From Eledone cirrhosa (lineage: Eukaryota), in the NCBI GenBank assembly GCA_964016885.1, contig OZ024743.1:17794001-17858000 (forward strand): 64,000 nt of DNA. The letters run 5' to 3'. Every line of letters begins with the position of its first letter. Position 1 is the first letter of the stretch. The notes beneath the pieces are model-generated. The model was not told the origin of the DNA. It saw only the letters and a list, made by a program, of their open reading frames with translations, and made no database searches. Positions 50,858 to 64,000 of this stretch are shown one piece after another. The translations under genes and the position numbers were made by a program.

Positions 50858-51591
50858 ATATATATATATATACATATGTGTATATATATATATACATATA
50901 TATATATAGCGAATTCAAGTTTCATGTGTTTATAGTCACTTCAGGATAGTATTTTCCAATGATTTTTGTCAGCTGGCAGTATGACAGAAAATATAAATAA
51001 GTTATAGTGCGAATCCTACTGTTTCTTGGACAAGATCGAATATTGTGTCCTCTTTCTCGTCTATTCAAACCCTTGCAAATACCAATAAAATCTTTGTTGA
51101 GAAGTGAGGATGAGCGAAACTGATAATTATCCTGTCTATGGTATATTTGAATTCTAAAGTCCAACAACTGTACATAATTACAACCTATAGGACAAGTGTA
51201 AATAAGTCATAAAAGAGGCACCACAGATGCCACGACAACATACCATCTAAGACTGTGTTAAAATTTGTACTTACGATATACGCATATAATATTAAGTATA
51301 TAAGTTACTACGTAATATAGAAATAATTTCGAATATAATTCGTAATAAAGAAGTAATAGGTAATTCACTGATCACAAATGACAGTGGATAGTAATGACTA
51401 TACATGTTGTTTAAATGAAGACAACATCGTGTTTAATATACCCAAGGGAAAATGAGAACCTCTCTATGTGGCGTTATATGTTTGTCAGTGTACCGAGGAC
51501 ACGCAGACTGCAAGTTATTGTTTTTTCAGATCTATAAGGAACGTAATCTCATGTAATTAATAGCAGAAAAACAACGACAAACGCAACGCAA

Positions 51592-51629
<38 letters not shown>

Positions 51630-51700
51630 ACCTCTCTCTCCCTCTCTCACTCGCTCTCCGTCTCTCTCTCTACCTCCCTCTCTCTCTCTCCCTCTCTCTC

Positions 51701-51737
<37 letters not shown>

Positions 51738-51862
51738 CTGTCTCAATACATGTATGTTCTGTTCCTCCAATCTCCCAGTAAAACGAAGTTAGATAGACAG
51801 GGCAGTAGAGAGTCACATGCACACACACTCACACACACACATACACACACACATCAACACGC

Positions 51863-51900
<38 letters not shown>

Positions 51901-52270
51901 CGAATTCAAGATTCATGTGTTTATAGTCACTTTAGGATAGTATTTTCCAATGATTTTTGTCAGCTGGCAGTATGACAGAAAATATAAATAAGTTATAGTG
52001 CGAATTTTATCAAATTTAGATGTATCTATCTAATCAATAAGCAATTATGAGAGATCATTTTTATAAATGTTATGTGTAAATCGAATATTTACATGGTTCC
52101 AATATAGATATTGAAATATCACAACTACAGGCTCATAACGCACTTTAACATATTAATACCTGGACCATTAAAGATATATCTATAAATCTGTCTGTAAAAT
52201 TGCTCGTTTACGAAAGTAAATACATATACACGCACACACAGACACAAACACTGACACATACACACACACC

Positions 52271-52343
<73 letters not shown>

Positions 52344-54472
52344 ATATATAGATTTACTACTGCACCGTTTGCGATTTACTTTTGAATGAAACCTGTTATT
52401 TTTATTGTCTATCTACCGTGGCGTAGATCGAATATTGCAGAATTCAAAATTGATCTTTATCTGGGAAAAATGCACTGATAATAATTTCCTAAGATTGAAG
52501 TTCATGCCCTTTGATTGATTCAGCTTATGCTTCCATCAGAAAAAAAAGATAGGTGATGTTTAACTTTACATCTCATCGATTATCTTAATCGTTATTTTCC
52601 GTAACTCGTGCAACAAATATCTAGTATCTCACTCTAAAATCATCTGACATTCTGCAATCAACAAGAAAGCTGCCCACTGACATGTGAAAGATCACAGATA
52701 CCTTTTTACGCTTATATGCGATATCACAAAGGTTATTTTATGTGCCGCATTTTGGTACTTCTTTAACTCTTGAATGAGTTTGACCACTAAATGCAAGGTT
52801 ATAGCACGTTATCTATTGTATTTTCACTGTTGCATGGTTTGTCCCATTCCTGTGAACATGTGATTTGCTGCCATGAAAATATTGATTGGATATGCCTTCT
52901 AACGTATAGGTTCAGAAATGTAAAAATATACATATGCATATCACGTCCATATAAAATGATCCTAACAAACATGGAATTATGCTGATCGGTATTCGTAAGA
53001 ATATACCGAGAAGACTTTTCTTCAAGAAAAACTAATGATACGTATACCACTTGCATGAAAATACCGCAAAAGCTGCCAAAAGTTTGAGAAAGTAATTTGA
53101 CATATATTAGTGAATCCATAAGCCCTATTTTAGCATAAGTTTAATGTTGATGGACGCTGCACAAAGTCGCTTTGTTTAGATGCCACATTGAAAACATTCT
53201 CATAAATTTATAGTCTCATATGGAGTGCTTAACATAGGCTTAAACCTGTAACATACCAATACCCATGTAACAGTCTCGGTAAATATGAAAAGAAAAAAAT
53301 ATTAAGTGTAAGCCAATTTTGACTAGTTTATAAATGCGAAAGATATTCCTCTACAATTTCACTTTATCCATGGTCGATAATAATACAGATCTATCTCGCT
53401 CAGCCCAAATACATTTGAATAATATTGTCTTAAAAAAAGTGTGTGAGCGCACGTGAGTATATTTCTTGGTGCCTGTATGTGTGTGCTACTGGTGGGATTT
53501 GTATGGTGTTGAATTAGTGATCATTAAGACGGTGAGTATGTTTTCGGTATATGCATCTATTGCATCCACAGCATTCCTCTGACAGGGATCAATGCTTTGA
53601 GTGACCTTAAATATGCATACTATATATTTCACAATCTTACCGACATATTTTCGCCAATGTCAGTTCCCTAGTCAATGAGTATCTCAGTAATGGTAATGCG
53701 AATTTTATTTCCCGCTTTCCAACCAATAAAACAAACATTTAATCCATCCACTGTACGTTATGTTTGACATTTGTTAACTTTACCTTACATGTACGAGTTT
53801 GAACATGTAGATTTGTGTATGTAATAATGTATATATTATAGACTTCATTTTTAGAAAGTTCATGTTAGTTATTTCTTATCGTAATTATAAGGAAATAAAC
53901 TAATTAAACTTTCTTCGAATTATATGAGTCAATTCCTTGTTCCTATTTCCAGGTTCATAGAATGAAAAACGAAAGAAATTGGCAGAAATAGAACGCAATT
54001 CATGACGTTTGATATAACGTCAAAAGCAAAATAGTTATGCCTCATGTGTGGAAAGTCAAATTAATTGGGAAGGACGAAAATGTTTAACAACACCGGCATA
54101 GCCTATTATCAGAGGGAATGGGGATATATATTTTATAAACTACACCCCTTTGCCTATCAATTGTGTTTTTGTGTATTAAACAATGACGGGATACCATCAA
54201 TCAAGTACGCTAATATATGTATGTGAAATGTTGGTGTATGCCTGCCGATGCATAATAATAATAATAGTAGTAATAATAGTACGAAGCTCCCCACAAGTTT
54301 TGAAATAAATCGAACACCATCGACAAAACATTAATAAAAACAATTAGAAAACGAAGTGTAAACATAATGGACGAATACCAAAGAGGCCTCCAGAAAATAA
54401 ATGTTGTACACAGATCGTCCTTATAACATAATTTTCTTCATTAAAATATCGGACCACATGTGTAAATAATGA

Positions 54473-56057
54473 TTTCTTTATTAACCACAAGGGTTTACAT
54501 AAAGTAGACATTAAGGACAGTGCAGGACAATGCAGGACGGTACAAATGGGCATTTCTGCGTGTAAAAAACAAAAACAGAGGATGTAACAAAAATAACAAT
54601 GAAAATAACAATGAAAAATTCCCCAATAGGGGGGAGACTTCGGAGGGACATTTGTGGAGAAAGCCCAGTAAAAAGCCACAATGACCCTGACCACCAAGGC
54701 TAGTGCCCTCTCCCAGTTTTCCACCTTTAATTTACAGGTATATACTCAGAGTAGGCCCATTCACTCGGGCCATTCTTGCTTCTCTCACTCATCTTTCAAC
54801 AAAATGCTGGGAAGAGAGCACTTCCCTCTCTACTCTGATTTTCCTTTTCAAATGAAATTTGAAAAAGTCAATCAGAGCATCACCGAAGAGGTAAGTGCTC
54901 GTCTTCAGCCCTTTCAAACGTGTCCACCATACTATCTCTTTCGCCATGGCCACCAGACAGATAAAAACTGCCTGCCCTTCCCGGCTAAAGGAGGAGGGCG
55001 GGGCAATCCTCACGATGGACTCAGATGATAGCTGGATCCGTCCTAAACGCGACAGCAGGTGTTCGACATAAACCCACAAGTCAGCAATTTTCGGACACTG
55101 GACGAGTGCGTGCAGGACGGTTTCGTCGCCCTGCGCGCATCTCGGACATGCCCGGCTGACGGCACCTCCATGTCTGTAGAGTTTATCCCGAACTGGCAAG
55201 GCTCCTCCGTTGCACTGCCAGGCCAGAGATTTCTGGAAGTTGTCCATAGGCCCCGGCCCGAAAGTTCTTCCGAAGAGATTGGCTAGTTGATTTTCGTCGA
55301 CGCCTAGAGTTTCCCCAAGTACGTCGTCGCTCTTACCCTCCACTAATCCTCTATAGAACGCCGAGGTGGAGTTTCCACCGATCACATTGCCCGATTGGTC
55401 GAGGGCTGTGAGCGCCTGAAGACATTCCAGTCTCCAGGCGCTCCCTCTCGGTCTTCGCTTGACCCAGGACTGCAGCTCCGTCAAGGAAACGAGCTGGGGA
55501 AATACGCGCCTAGCAAACGGCGACCACACCTGATCACCGTCGAGGAAGAGGTAGAGATGTCGTAGCCTGAGCGCGTGCCTGCGCATCATCAGCCACGGCA
55601 TGCCCAGCCCTCCACGTAGCGGGTGTTGACAACAGATGGACCGCCTGACCATCGGAGCACGTCCCTTCCACAAAAAGCGAAAGAGCAAACGCTCCAGCGC
55701 AGTCAGGCGAGGCTTAGGACAAGGTACTACGGTCAGGCGGTAGCAGATGACAGACGCGATGTACGCGTTAGCCACCTCCGCTCGACCTTTCAGGGATAGC
55801 TTCCTCTCCGCCCATTTCTGGGTGAGAGAAGCCACCCTGCTCGTCACCTCGTCCCAGTTTTTGTCCGTCTGGAGGTCCGGACCGAACCAGACCCCTAGCA
55901 ATTTAACCGGTCCGTCCGTCCAGCGTCCGACGACGCTGTTGGACGGCATGGACCTGCCTCTCCAGGTGCCGAGCTGCAGGCCCACTGACTTTTCCTGGTT
56001 GATCATTGCTCCTGTCACCGCTTCGTATTCTCCTAGTGTAGTGCCGATCGCCTCGAG
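54473..56057 (-). mobile_element. 5'-truncated L1/Tx1-clade LINE with target-site duplication
   Basis: Open 424-aa frame (INQEKS, KLLGVWF, LSLKGRA, GGLGMP, ALPVRDKL..CPRC..ETVLHALVQC); ccacatgtgtaaataatga at 54454 and 56058. Confidence 0.85.
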
Positions 56058-56479
56058 CCACATGTGTAAATAATGAAACTGAATATCAACCGCACAACTA
56101 CTCGGAATTTTAAATCAAAACAAAAAGAAAAACGATATATGTAAGTAACAAACTCTATTGATTATATTACGCATACATGTATTATAAACACAACGAAAAA
56201 TGTACACAAAACAAACATGCAGATATACAGACGGTAGCTCTTTGAACTTAAAGAAAAAACTATTTGAAGACAAACAGTCGTAGACCGGACGACACGTTGC
56301 TTATTTCGAGGAATAAGTTTTGTTTAATCTGGTATTCCCTAACACGAAAATTCGACGCATTATTTCACCACATATCTCTACAAATAATCTGACACTAGTT
56401 GTGTGAACTGCATAAATATTTTTTATATATTTACCCATTACAATCGCTGTTTACATAATATTATTTGAAGAAAAGAATC

Positions 56480-56582
56480 CCGAGGTTAACTTTGCCTTTC
56501 ATCCTTACGGGGTCGATAAAATAAAGTACCAGTAGTGTACTGGGTAATTGCTGGCCTTGTGCCTAAAGTAGAAACAATTATT
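56480..56582 (+). mobile_element. tRNA-derived SINE, 3' fragment
   Basis: Matches the 3' half of the 20943 SINE. Confidence 0.8.
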
Positions 56583-57099
56583 TGTAGAAAAGAAACAGAC
56601 ATAGATCGGAAAACACACTGTTTATTTCGGTGGATAAGTTCTGTTTAATCAAAAATCCGACTAATTAGTATGCAATCATCTCTGTGGCTGAAGATGTGAA
56701 GGGTGCATATATATTTTTTAGTATTTCCCCAGTATTAGTATTTTCTTTTTTTACATTTTGGTAGATTGTAGCTAAATTTCCGATTTTGAAAGGAAAATGG
56801 ACAGTTGAAAGATCACTTCTCTCTCCCACAACCAACTCTCACACATTCACGCCCGTAAATCCCCAATTTACTGTTACTGACTGCTACCTACCTCCCTTCT
56901 GAGTGTCTAATGTGTGAGTATATATATATATATGTGTATATACATACGTGTGTATAAGTATGCACGTGCGAGTGTATATTTATGTATGTGTATGGAGCGC
57001 ACATAAAGGCCAAGACAAAGGAGGAGAAAAAAAGAATACTAGCACCCCATTTTCACCTCAAACTCAACATAAACAGAGAATAACACGGGAGAGGCAACT

Positions 57100-60000
57100 C
57101 CTATAAGCTACAATGTCACCCTAACAACTACCACTCACATCACCCCCACCCGCAGCATTAATGTCCCTGCCACCACCACCAACACCACTCACACCACAGG
57201 AACAGTTGAGAACATTCTCGTTCACCTCTTACAGCTGCAACCATAACAATATCACCTCAATCAACAACAGCAATGACCAAAACTATACTGTTATAATAGT
57301 ATTAATGATCTCAGTGCCAGCCAGCAAATGCACTAGCAAAAGGGCCGGGCAACTTTCCATGTACGTCCAATACCATGCGTAATGCAAGCATGTACTGCGA
57401 GATGAACAAATAAAAACTAATACGCAATACCAAATCGCTTTTCCTATGTTTAATGAGGAAGCGCGTCCCCCAGGAAGGTGCAATCTGAGATCGAAAAGTC
57501 CTCCTGTGGCAGAAACCTTCTCCAATTAATGACGTGAATGGTCACTTGATCGGGAATTGCCCCAACTCGAGCCCTCAAGATCCACCACCCAAACACCTCA
57601 AAAAGAAAATCCTAAAAGGATGAAATGGACCCGAGAAGATTATAAAGAAGTAATATATGCATATTACTATGCATTAGGTAAGCCATCACCAGACAGACAC
57701 ACTTTAAACTCCTACAAAATCTGAAAAATTCAGAATGAATCTAGCAGATGTGATATGGATGGAAATAAGTTGGCAAATGTAAGGAGGTATATCTTCAGAA
57801 ATAATAGACTCACAGACACTGAACTGACTGCTATCAAGCAGGCTGTAGAGAATGACATAAATATAAATGATGAAAGAACTGAAGAATCTCCTGGAGATGG
57901 TAACCAGTCACAAGTCTTTACTGAAAGACATCCATCTGACCAAATCCCAAATAGGTTTATAGAAATGAGAAGCCCTATTGATCCCGCTGAAAATAGCCAG
58001 GAGAGGGACTTAGAAACAGTAAATGAAAACCAAATGTCTGCTGAAGAACACAGGGAAACTATGGAGGAATTAAAGCAAAAAATACTGAATGAGCTTGCAG
58101 TAGTAAGACATTCTAGTATAAATGGTAGAGAATTACTTCAAAAACACCCAAATACGATCCAAAATAGAAAACAAATCATGATTGGTAATCCTGTGACAAA
58201 AGAAGTCATAGAACTAGAACCTGATCTTGCTGAGTTAAATGTTATCATTTATGCATCTGCTAGAGTAATTGCTAGAGTACCACCAAAAAAGAGAAGAAAG
58301 TCGAACCTTCGAGGTAAACCAATTTGGAGGAGTAGAATCGAAAGGGAGATTGAAGTAATGAGAGGAGAAATATATTTATTGAGTGAGTTAACCACTGGAA
58401 ATGATATAATATCCAAGAAGGTAAGAAAGCTAAAGAGAAAATATGGACTGTCTTCTAGAGAAGCAATAGTTTCAAAAAAAGAATCTCTGAAACAAAAAGT
58501 CCAAGTAAAAGCCCAACGAATTCGTAGATTCGAGAAGCGAAACAACTTCTACGGGCAAAATAAGTTGTTCTTATCCAATGCCAAGTCATTGTATAGAGAA
58601 TTATGGAAGAAAAACATAATTATAGAAGTTGAAAACTTCTGGAGTAAGATTTGGAGTGATGAGAAGAATGCTAATGTAGATTGGATTAGTCGCCTGGAAT
58701 TAGTCACCTACACAAATGTAGAAGAACGGGCGTGGGAAGACATCTTTATAGCGGACTTAAGCACAGCACTCACTAAATCACTGAAATGGAAATCTCCTGT
58801 TAGAGACAGGGTGCCAACTTTCTGGCTTTCCTCACTCCCGTGCACTCACAATATATTGGTCAAGCTGTTTAATGAAATTATGAAAGATCCAAAAAATACA
58901 CCTGATTGGATAGCAAATGGTATTACCTACCTTCTACCAAAGAACAACAAAACCAAAGATCCAAAAAACTATCGCCCCATAACTTGCTTGTTCACCACTT
59001 ATAAACTATTAACCTCTATTCTCATGGAAAAAGCATACGTGTTTTTGTATAACAATATTTTCCCCATTGAACAAAAGGGGTGCCGATGAGGTTCATATGG
59101 TTGCAAAGATCAACGTTTGATTAATCGTATGATCCTTGAGAACTGTCATAATAAACACAGAAATCTCAGTTCTGCGTGGATCGATTATAAAAAAAGCCTT
59201 TGACAGCATACCACACTCATGGATTCTGAAATCACTGGACATATTCAAAATCTCACCTGTGATCTCAAATTTCATGAAACACAATATGTCAATATGGAAC
59301 ACAAATCTCCAATTGTCTCATTCCACTGGGGTACTGTGCGCTAGGAATATAAACATCAACTGTAGTATATTCCAGGCCGACTCACTTTCACCATTTCTGT
59401 TTTACCCCTTAAATCCGAGCTTAATAGAACAGGCTACGGTTATAGAATTGACAACTAAACAATAATCCACCTATCTTACATGGATGATTTGAAGCTATAT
59501 TTCAAAGAAAATGACGAACTGGAAGGCATTTTGCGGACAGTAAAAACGTTTAGCGATGACATCAGGATGGAGTTTGGACTTGACAAGTGTCAAAAGCCAC
59601 TTTCAAGAAGGGCAAGCTTGTCACACAGACTCAGTTGAATTGAATGCTGAAACAATAATAAAGGAACTTGAGCAGGAACAAATCTATAAATACATAGGGA
59701 TTAATGGGGGCACTGGCATAGAACACACAAGCATGAAATAATGTTACAGGAGAGTACCTGCAGTTCTGATGTCAAGTGCTAGCCATAAATTCCTTGGCAG
59801 TCCCAGTTGTCAATTATAGCTTCGGTGTGTTGAACTGGAATACGAGTGAAATCAAAAGAATCGACACCAAATTCCGTAAGCTACTGACCTGTAATAGGAT
59901 GCACCACCCAAAAGCAGATGTGGATCGTCTTTACCTTCCTAGAACTCAAGGAGGCCGTGGCCTGATCCCGTTTGAACTTGCTTACAAGACCGCCATCATT

Positions 60001-61190
60001 GGACTGACCAAATACCTTGAAACAACTAACGAAAGTAACGACTTTATGCTGAAACTTGTTGAAAAGCATGAGAGAAGTAAGCAGCTTTATTCTATCTTGA
60101 AGGAGAGCAAAAACTATGCTACTGATCTCATGCTTAATACCCAGGCTGGACAGACTAAAGAGACTGTTGCAACTGATGTTGCTACGCACATAAAATCACT
60201 GGCAAAAGCAAAAGGGCAAGGACAATTAGCATAAAATTGGGAGCAGAAACCTCTGCATGGCAAGTATGTGGCCCGTAGCAAACAAGCTGATGTAAACCAA
60301 AAGCACACCCATCAATGGCTACGTAGTTCAGGGCTAATGGCGGAGAGTGCAGGCTTCATCTTAGCTGCCCAAGAGCAAAGCTTATTAACTCGTAATTACT
60401 AAGCCAATGTGATGAGAAACGGAATAAACCCAACGTGCAGATTCTGCAATGCTGGGGTTAAAACAGTGGATCACTTAGTCTCTGGATGTAAAGTTTTAGC
60501 ACCAGTAGAATACAAATATAGACATGGCAGAGTTGGCCAATATATACACTGGGTAATATGTCGGCATTACAAAATCAAAGCTGAAGACAAGTGATACAAT
60601 AATCACCCTGAGGCTGTAACTGAAGGAGAAAGAGTAACAATATCTGGGACTTTCCTGTACATACTGACATGACCATAAAAGCAAATAGAGCTGACATCAT
60701 TATAAAAGATCAACATAACAAGGTCTGTTTGTTGATAGATATGAGCATCCCAGGTGATCACAATATCGCGGCAAAAGAATTTGACAAGCTACGACAATAT
60801 AACAATCTGCTTATTGAAATTGCGAAATGTGGCACCTCAAGGCCGTTACAATACCAGTGATTGTGGGAGGACTGGGAATGATCAAGAAAGGAACAGAACA
60901 ATATTTGCGAATGATCTTGGTTTACCCTCTCTGCACGAGGTTCAAAAAATTGTTTTGACAGGTACTGCACAGGTATTGAGTAGAGCACTATCTCTGTAAG
61001 ATTGATATCCCTCTTTGTATTTACATATGCATATGCACATGTGTATATATGTATACTGTTTTTTTTTATTATAATCAATTTGCTGCATTAACTGACTTAC
61101 AAATGCACACTGTGAATTTATTTGCCCTAGGTGTCAGGAAGACACTCGGCATATATCTCAGAAACAATAATGAAAGAAAATAAAAATAAC
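57100..61190 (+). mobile_element. Second R4/Dong-like RLE LINE family, decayed
   Basis: N-terminal KRMKWTREDYKEVIYAYY, NYRPITCL, KKAFDSIPH, YMDDLKL, PKADVDRLY, CRFC..TVDHLVSGC..RH, ANRADII..LIDMSIP; many stops; 5' boundary approximate. Confidence 0.85.
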
Positions 61191-61191
61191 A

Positions 61192-61384
61192 ATAATAATT
61201 GTTTCTACTTCAGGCACAAGGCCAGCAATTACTCAGTGCATTACTGGTACTTTATTTTATCGACCCCGTAAGGATGAAAGGCAAAGTCAACCTCGGTTGG
61301 ATTTGAACTCAGATCGTAAAGGGACGTAACTATGCTGGAAAGCATGGCGTCCGACCCTTTACCGATACTGCCAATCCACCGCCT
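61192..61384 (-). mobile_element. tRNA-derived SINE, full length
   Basis: Reverse complement of the 20943 SINE; tail merges with TAA-rich sequence. Confidence 0.85.
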
Positions 61385-61454
61385 GAATAATAACAATAAT
61401 AATAAACGGAAAAATAACAATAATAATAAACGGAAAAAAATAACAATAATAATA

Positions 61455-62244
61455 AACGGAATTTAGAGATCCACAGACATGGAACTGGTTAAAAAAAGGA
61501 GACTTTAAAAAAGCTACAGAAGGAATGCTAATGGCTGCGCAAGAGCAAGCCCTCATAAGGAAGTGTGTGAAACATCATATTGACAAGGGGGCAGCTAGCT
61601 CACTGTGTAGGATCTGTGGGGAAAGAAAGGAAACTGTGGCTCACATTGTATCCGAGTGTAAACACCTAGCCGGACTCACTATAAAGGCTGGAGGCATGAT
61701 GTGATAGGCAGGGTGATCGACTGGCATCTATGCAAAGTAAACAATTTACCACATTCTGAGAAGTGGTATGAGCATGTCAGAGTCGGTGATAGAAACCGAT
61801 CAGGTGAAGTTGCTATGGGATTTTAGGATACATAATAGACCTGACCTGGTGGTTTTGGATAAGGTAAAACTATGGTGACTGATTGTAGATGTAGCCTGCC
61901 CATTTGACACATGAGTGCAAGAAAAGAAGAGGGAGAAAGTTAACCGATACCAGGATTTAAAGTGGGATTTAAAAAGGATTTGGGACTGCCATGAAATCAA
62001 GGTCGTCACGATTGTCATAGGCACACTAGGTACTATATCAAAGAGTTTCCAAGAATGGTTAAAGAAGATTAGTCCAGCCCCACCTTTTGGAACACTTCAA
62101 AAGGCTTGCTTGCTGTGAACTGCAGGAACCCTCCGATATGTCCTGAATGTCTGAGGTTACAGGTAGCGGCTTGATATTCATTTCAACAAACTTTCCAGTT
62201 AAATAACATCAATGACTGAAACTCAAAAACAATAATAATAATAA
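61455..62244 (+). mobile_element. 5'-truncated copy of the 37806-42316 R4/Dong-like family
   Basis: Homologous to the ORF 3' end and 3' UTR (gagatccacagacatggaactgg ... gactgaaactcaaaacaataataat); TAA repeats on both sides. Confidence 0.88.
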
Positions 62245-64000
62245 TGATTTTCAATTGACAGGGTAAAAATGTACTCATCTGTGGAGTTTAACAATTGGTT
62301 CATTCATGTTAGTAATTTGAATAGTAATTGAATAGCATTGTTGAATTAAATCATTCCTGTTCTCTGAAGCAGTTTCTTTCTTAACGGACATACGGTATAT
62401 TCAGTAATATCCATTACACAGATATTTAGGTATCGTGATATCTATCACAGTTATTTAGGTATCGCGATATATATAATGAATATTTTACGTCAGTATTCAT
62501 ATTGGAATATTTGGTATAGGAAACACTTGGTGTTTTGTTCTTATTTATCGTTGTGGATATGCCCAAGCATACTTAAGATACGAGAATATATTTTCAATTC
62601 GTTGCATTCTTTTATTACACAACACGCTTGTGTCTTATATGAGCAGCACTGCATTTCATACTATCTGGAAATCTATTGCTAAATACAAAATTAAATGTTA
62701 TATTCGTGTAATCTTTTATACACTTAAACTATTCCTACACTTCAAATCCTTGGCCCAATCATGTTGAAAACTGTACATCTACATAACGCCTTGCTCCCTG
62801 TAATATTCCTTTCAAGCGTACATCATTAAATATATTTATAAAATTCACTTAATATGCGTACGTCACTTTATTTTATATTGTTTACATGCACGTAATTTAT
62901 GTATGATGTCGTCTGTTTAATAACGTCCATATTAAATTGCTTTTATTTTGGATACACTGAATATAGAGTAATATTCCAAAGATGATTTCTATCATATTAG
63001 ATAAAGTACCATGGCTAAAATGGCTCCAACTTCCATACCTTTCGCCAAAATAAAATACACTGATGGCATTTTTTTCTTTTTTTGAGAATTGAAAGTCATC
63101 ATATGTTCATATATAAAACCTAAAATTCGGATGACTTAGTTGAAGAGCTTCAGCCAAATCGAATTATTCTTGCTCGAAATGTGTACATTTATTACTGACC
63201 AGTAGGAGAACTACGGTTAATTGCTTTTTAGAAATATTTAATTTTACAAGCAATAATTATCTTGGAAAACATTAGTTTCTGCTGTACTTCAAATCGTTAA
63301 TTTTAATTGAGAATAATTATGAATAAGTTTACTGTTCACGAGGGGCCGAGTCATTGGAAATGTCACAAGTGTAAAACAGCGTGTTGTGAGTTGAGGAAAG
63401 AGGACAACAAACAAATGAATACAATAGATATACATCTGTAAAGGTTACGCCACCAATATTCATGAATATAATAGAAAAACATAACGAATGTCAACTAGGA
63501 AGAGATACCCACACTATTGTAGACTGCGCTTCAAGGTAAGTCCTGATAGAATCTCAACTGAAGCCTCTAAAACTGTGTCACCTAAGGGGCTCAGCATATG
63601 ACCTCACACAAGGTATTTCCCGCTTCATAATAAAGGATACTCCGAGGAGACATATTCAAGCTCGTCGATCCAACTGTCTTTACCCACTAGAATGCAGTAA
63701 TGCATTTGTAGATTCAGACTCAGCCCCTGAGTACATGGCGAGAAAGAAGGATTCTCTACTTATGCAATCGTCGAGAAAGACAGGCCAAGGCACCATTCTA
63801 CAGGAAAGGTAGGTGTAGGAGATTCTTTCGACACATACGGACCTCATCAACCATACGATTGTCGAATGCTAGGTACATCATCATGGAAATTCAACTGTCT
63901 AATATTTCCCGTAGCGTTTGCGGTACTGGTCCAATAGGTAAGGCGTTCTCGGTTCAGATGTAACATCTGCTACTCGTGTTCGAGGGAATCCACTCGTTAC

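Noticed and set aside
52400-54300. Possible host exons (scattered GTGAGT/AG sites)
   Set aside because: No convincing coding frame or recognisable protein; this cannot be supported without transcripts.
63500-64000. Possible L1/Tx1 C-terminal remnant (NALP..., minus strand)
   Set aside because: Too degenerate and cut by the window edge.

Overview
Gene-poor, AT-rich eukaryotic repeat DNA. The SINE/LINE and microsatellite content suggests an invertebrate, probably an octopod cephalopod (inference). No host protein-coding gene can be supported, and most short ORFs are (TA)n/(CA)n artefacts. Recognisable elements: a near-intact RTE LINE (13.7-16.85 kb, one frameshift); an intact 1130-aa R4/Dong-like RLE LINE in (TAA)n, in tandem with a decayed copy, plus two further R4/Dong-like copies; two L1/Tx1-like fragments; four Penelope-like element (PLE) bodies, including a long Naiad-type RT+GIY-YIG frame; tRNA-derived SINEs; two non-autonomous Helitrons; and a Tigger relic. 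The main signal that the ORF track misses is a dense population of type-I hammerhead ribozyme (HHR) motifs. I folded about 18 by eye, from roughly 8-10 families. They include compensatory U3-A8 cores, CCGACGA cores and cores with very long helix II. Many sit in non-coding, asymmetric inverted-repeat (fold-back) modules embedded in (TA)n. A local ~1 kb tandem duplication gives a filled-versus-empty comparison: one (TA)n carries about seven such modules and its twin is bare. All folds and alignments were done by eye and none has been computed or tested.
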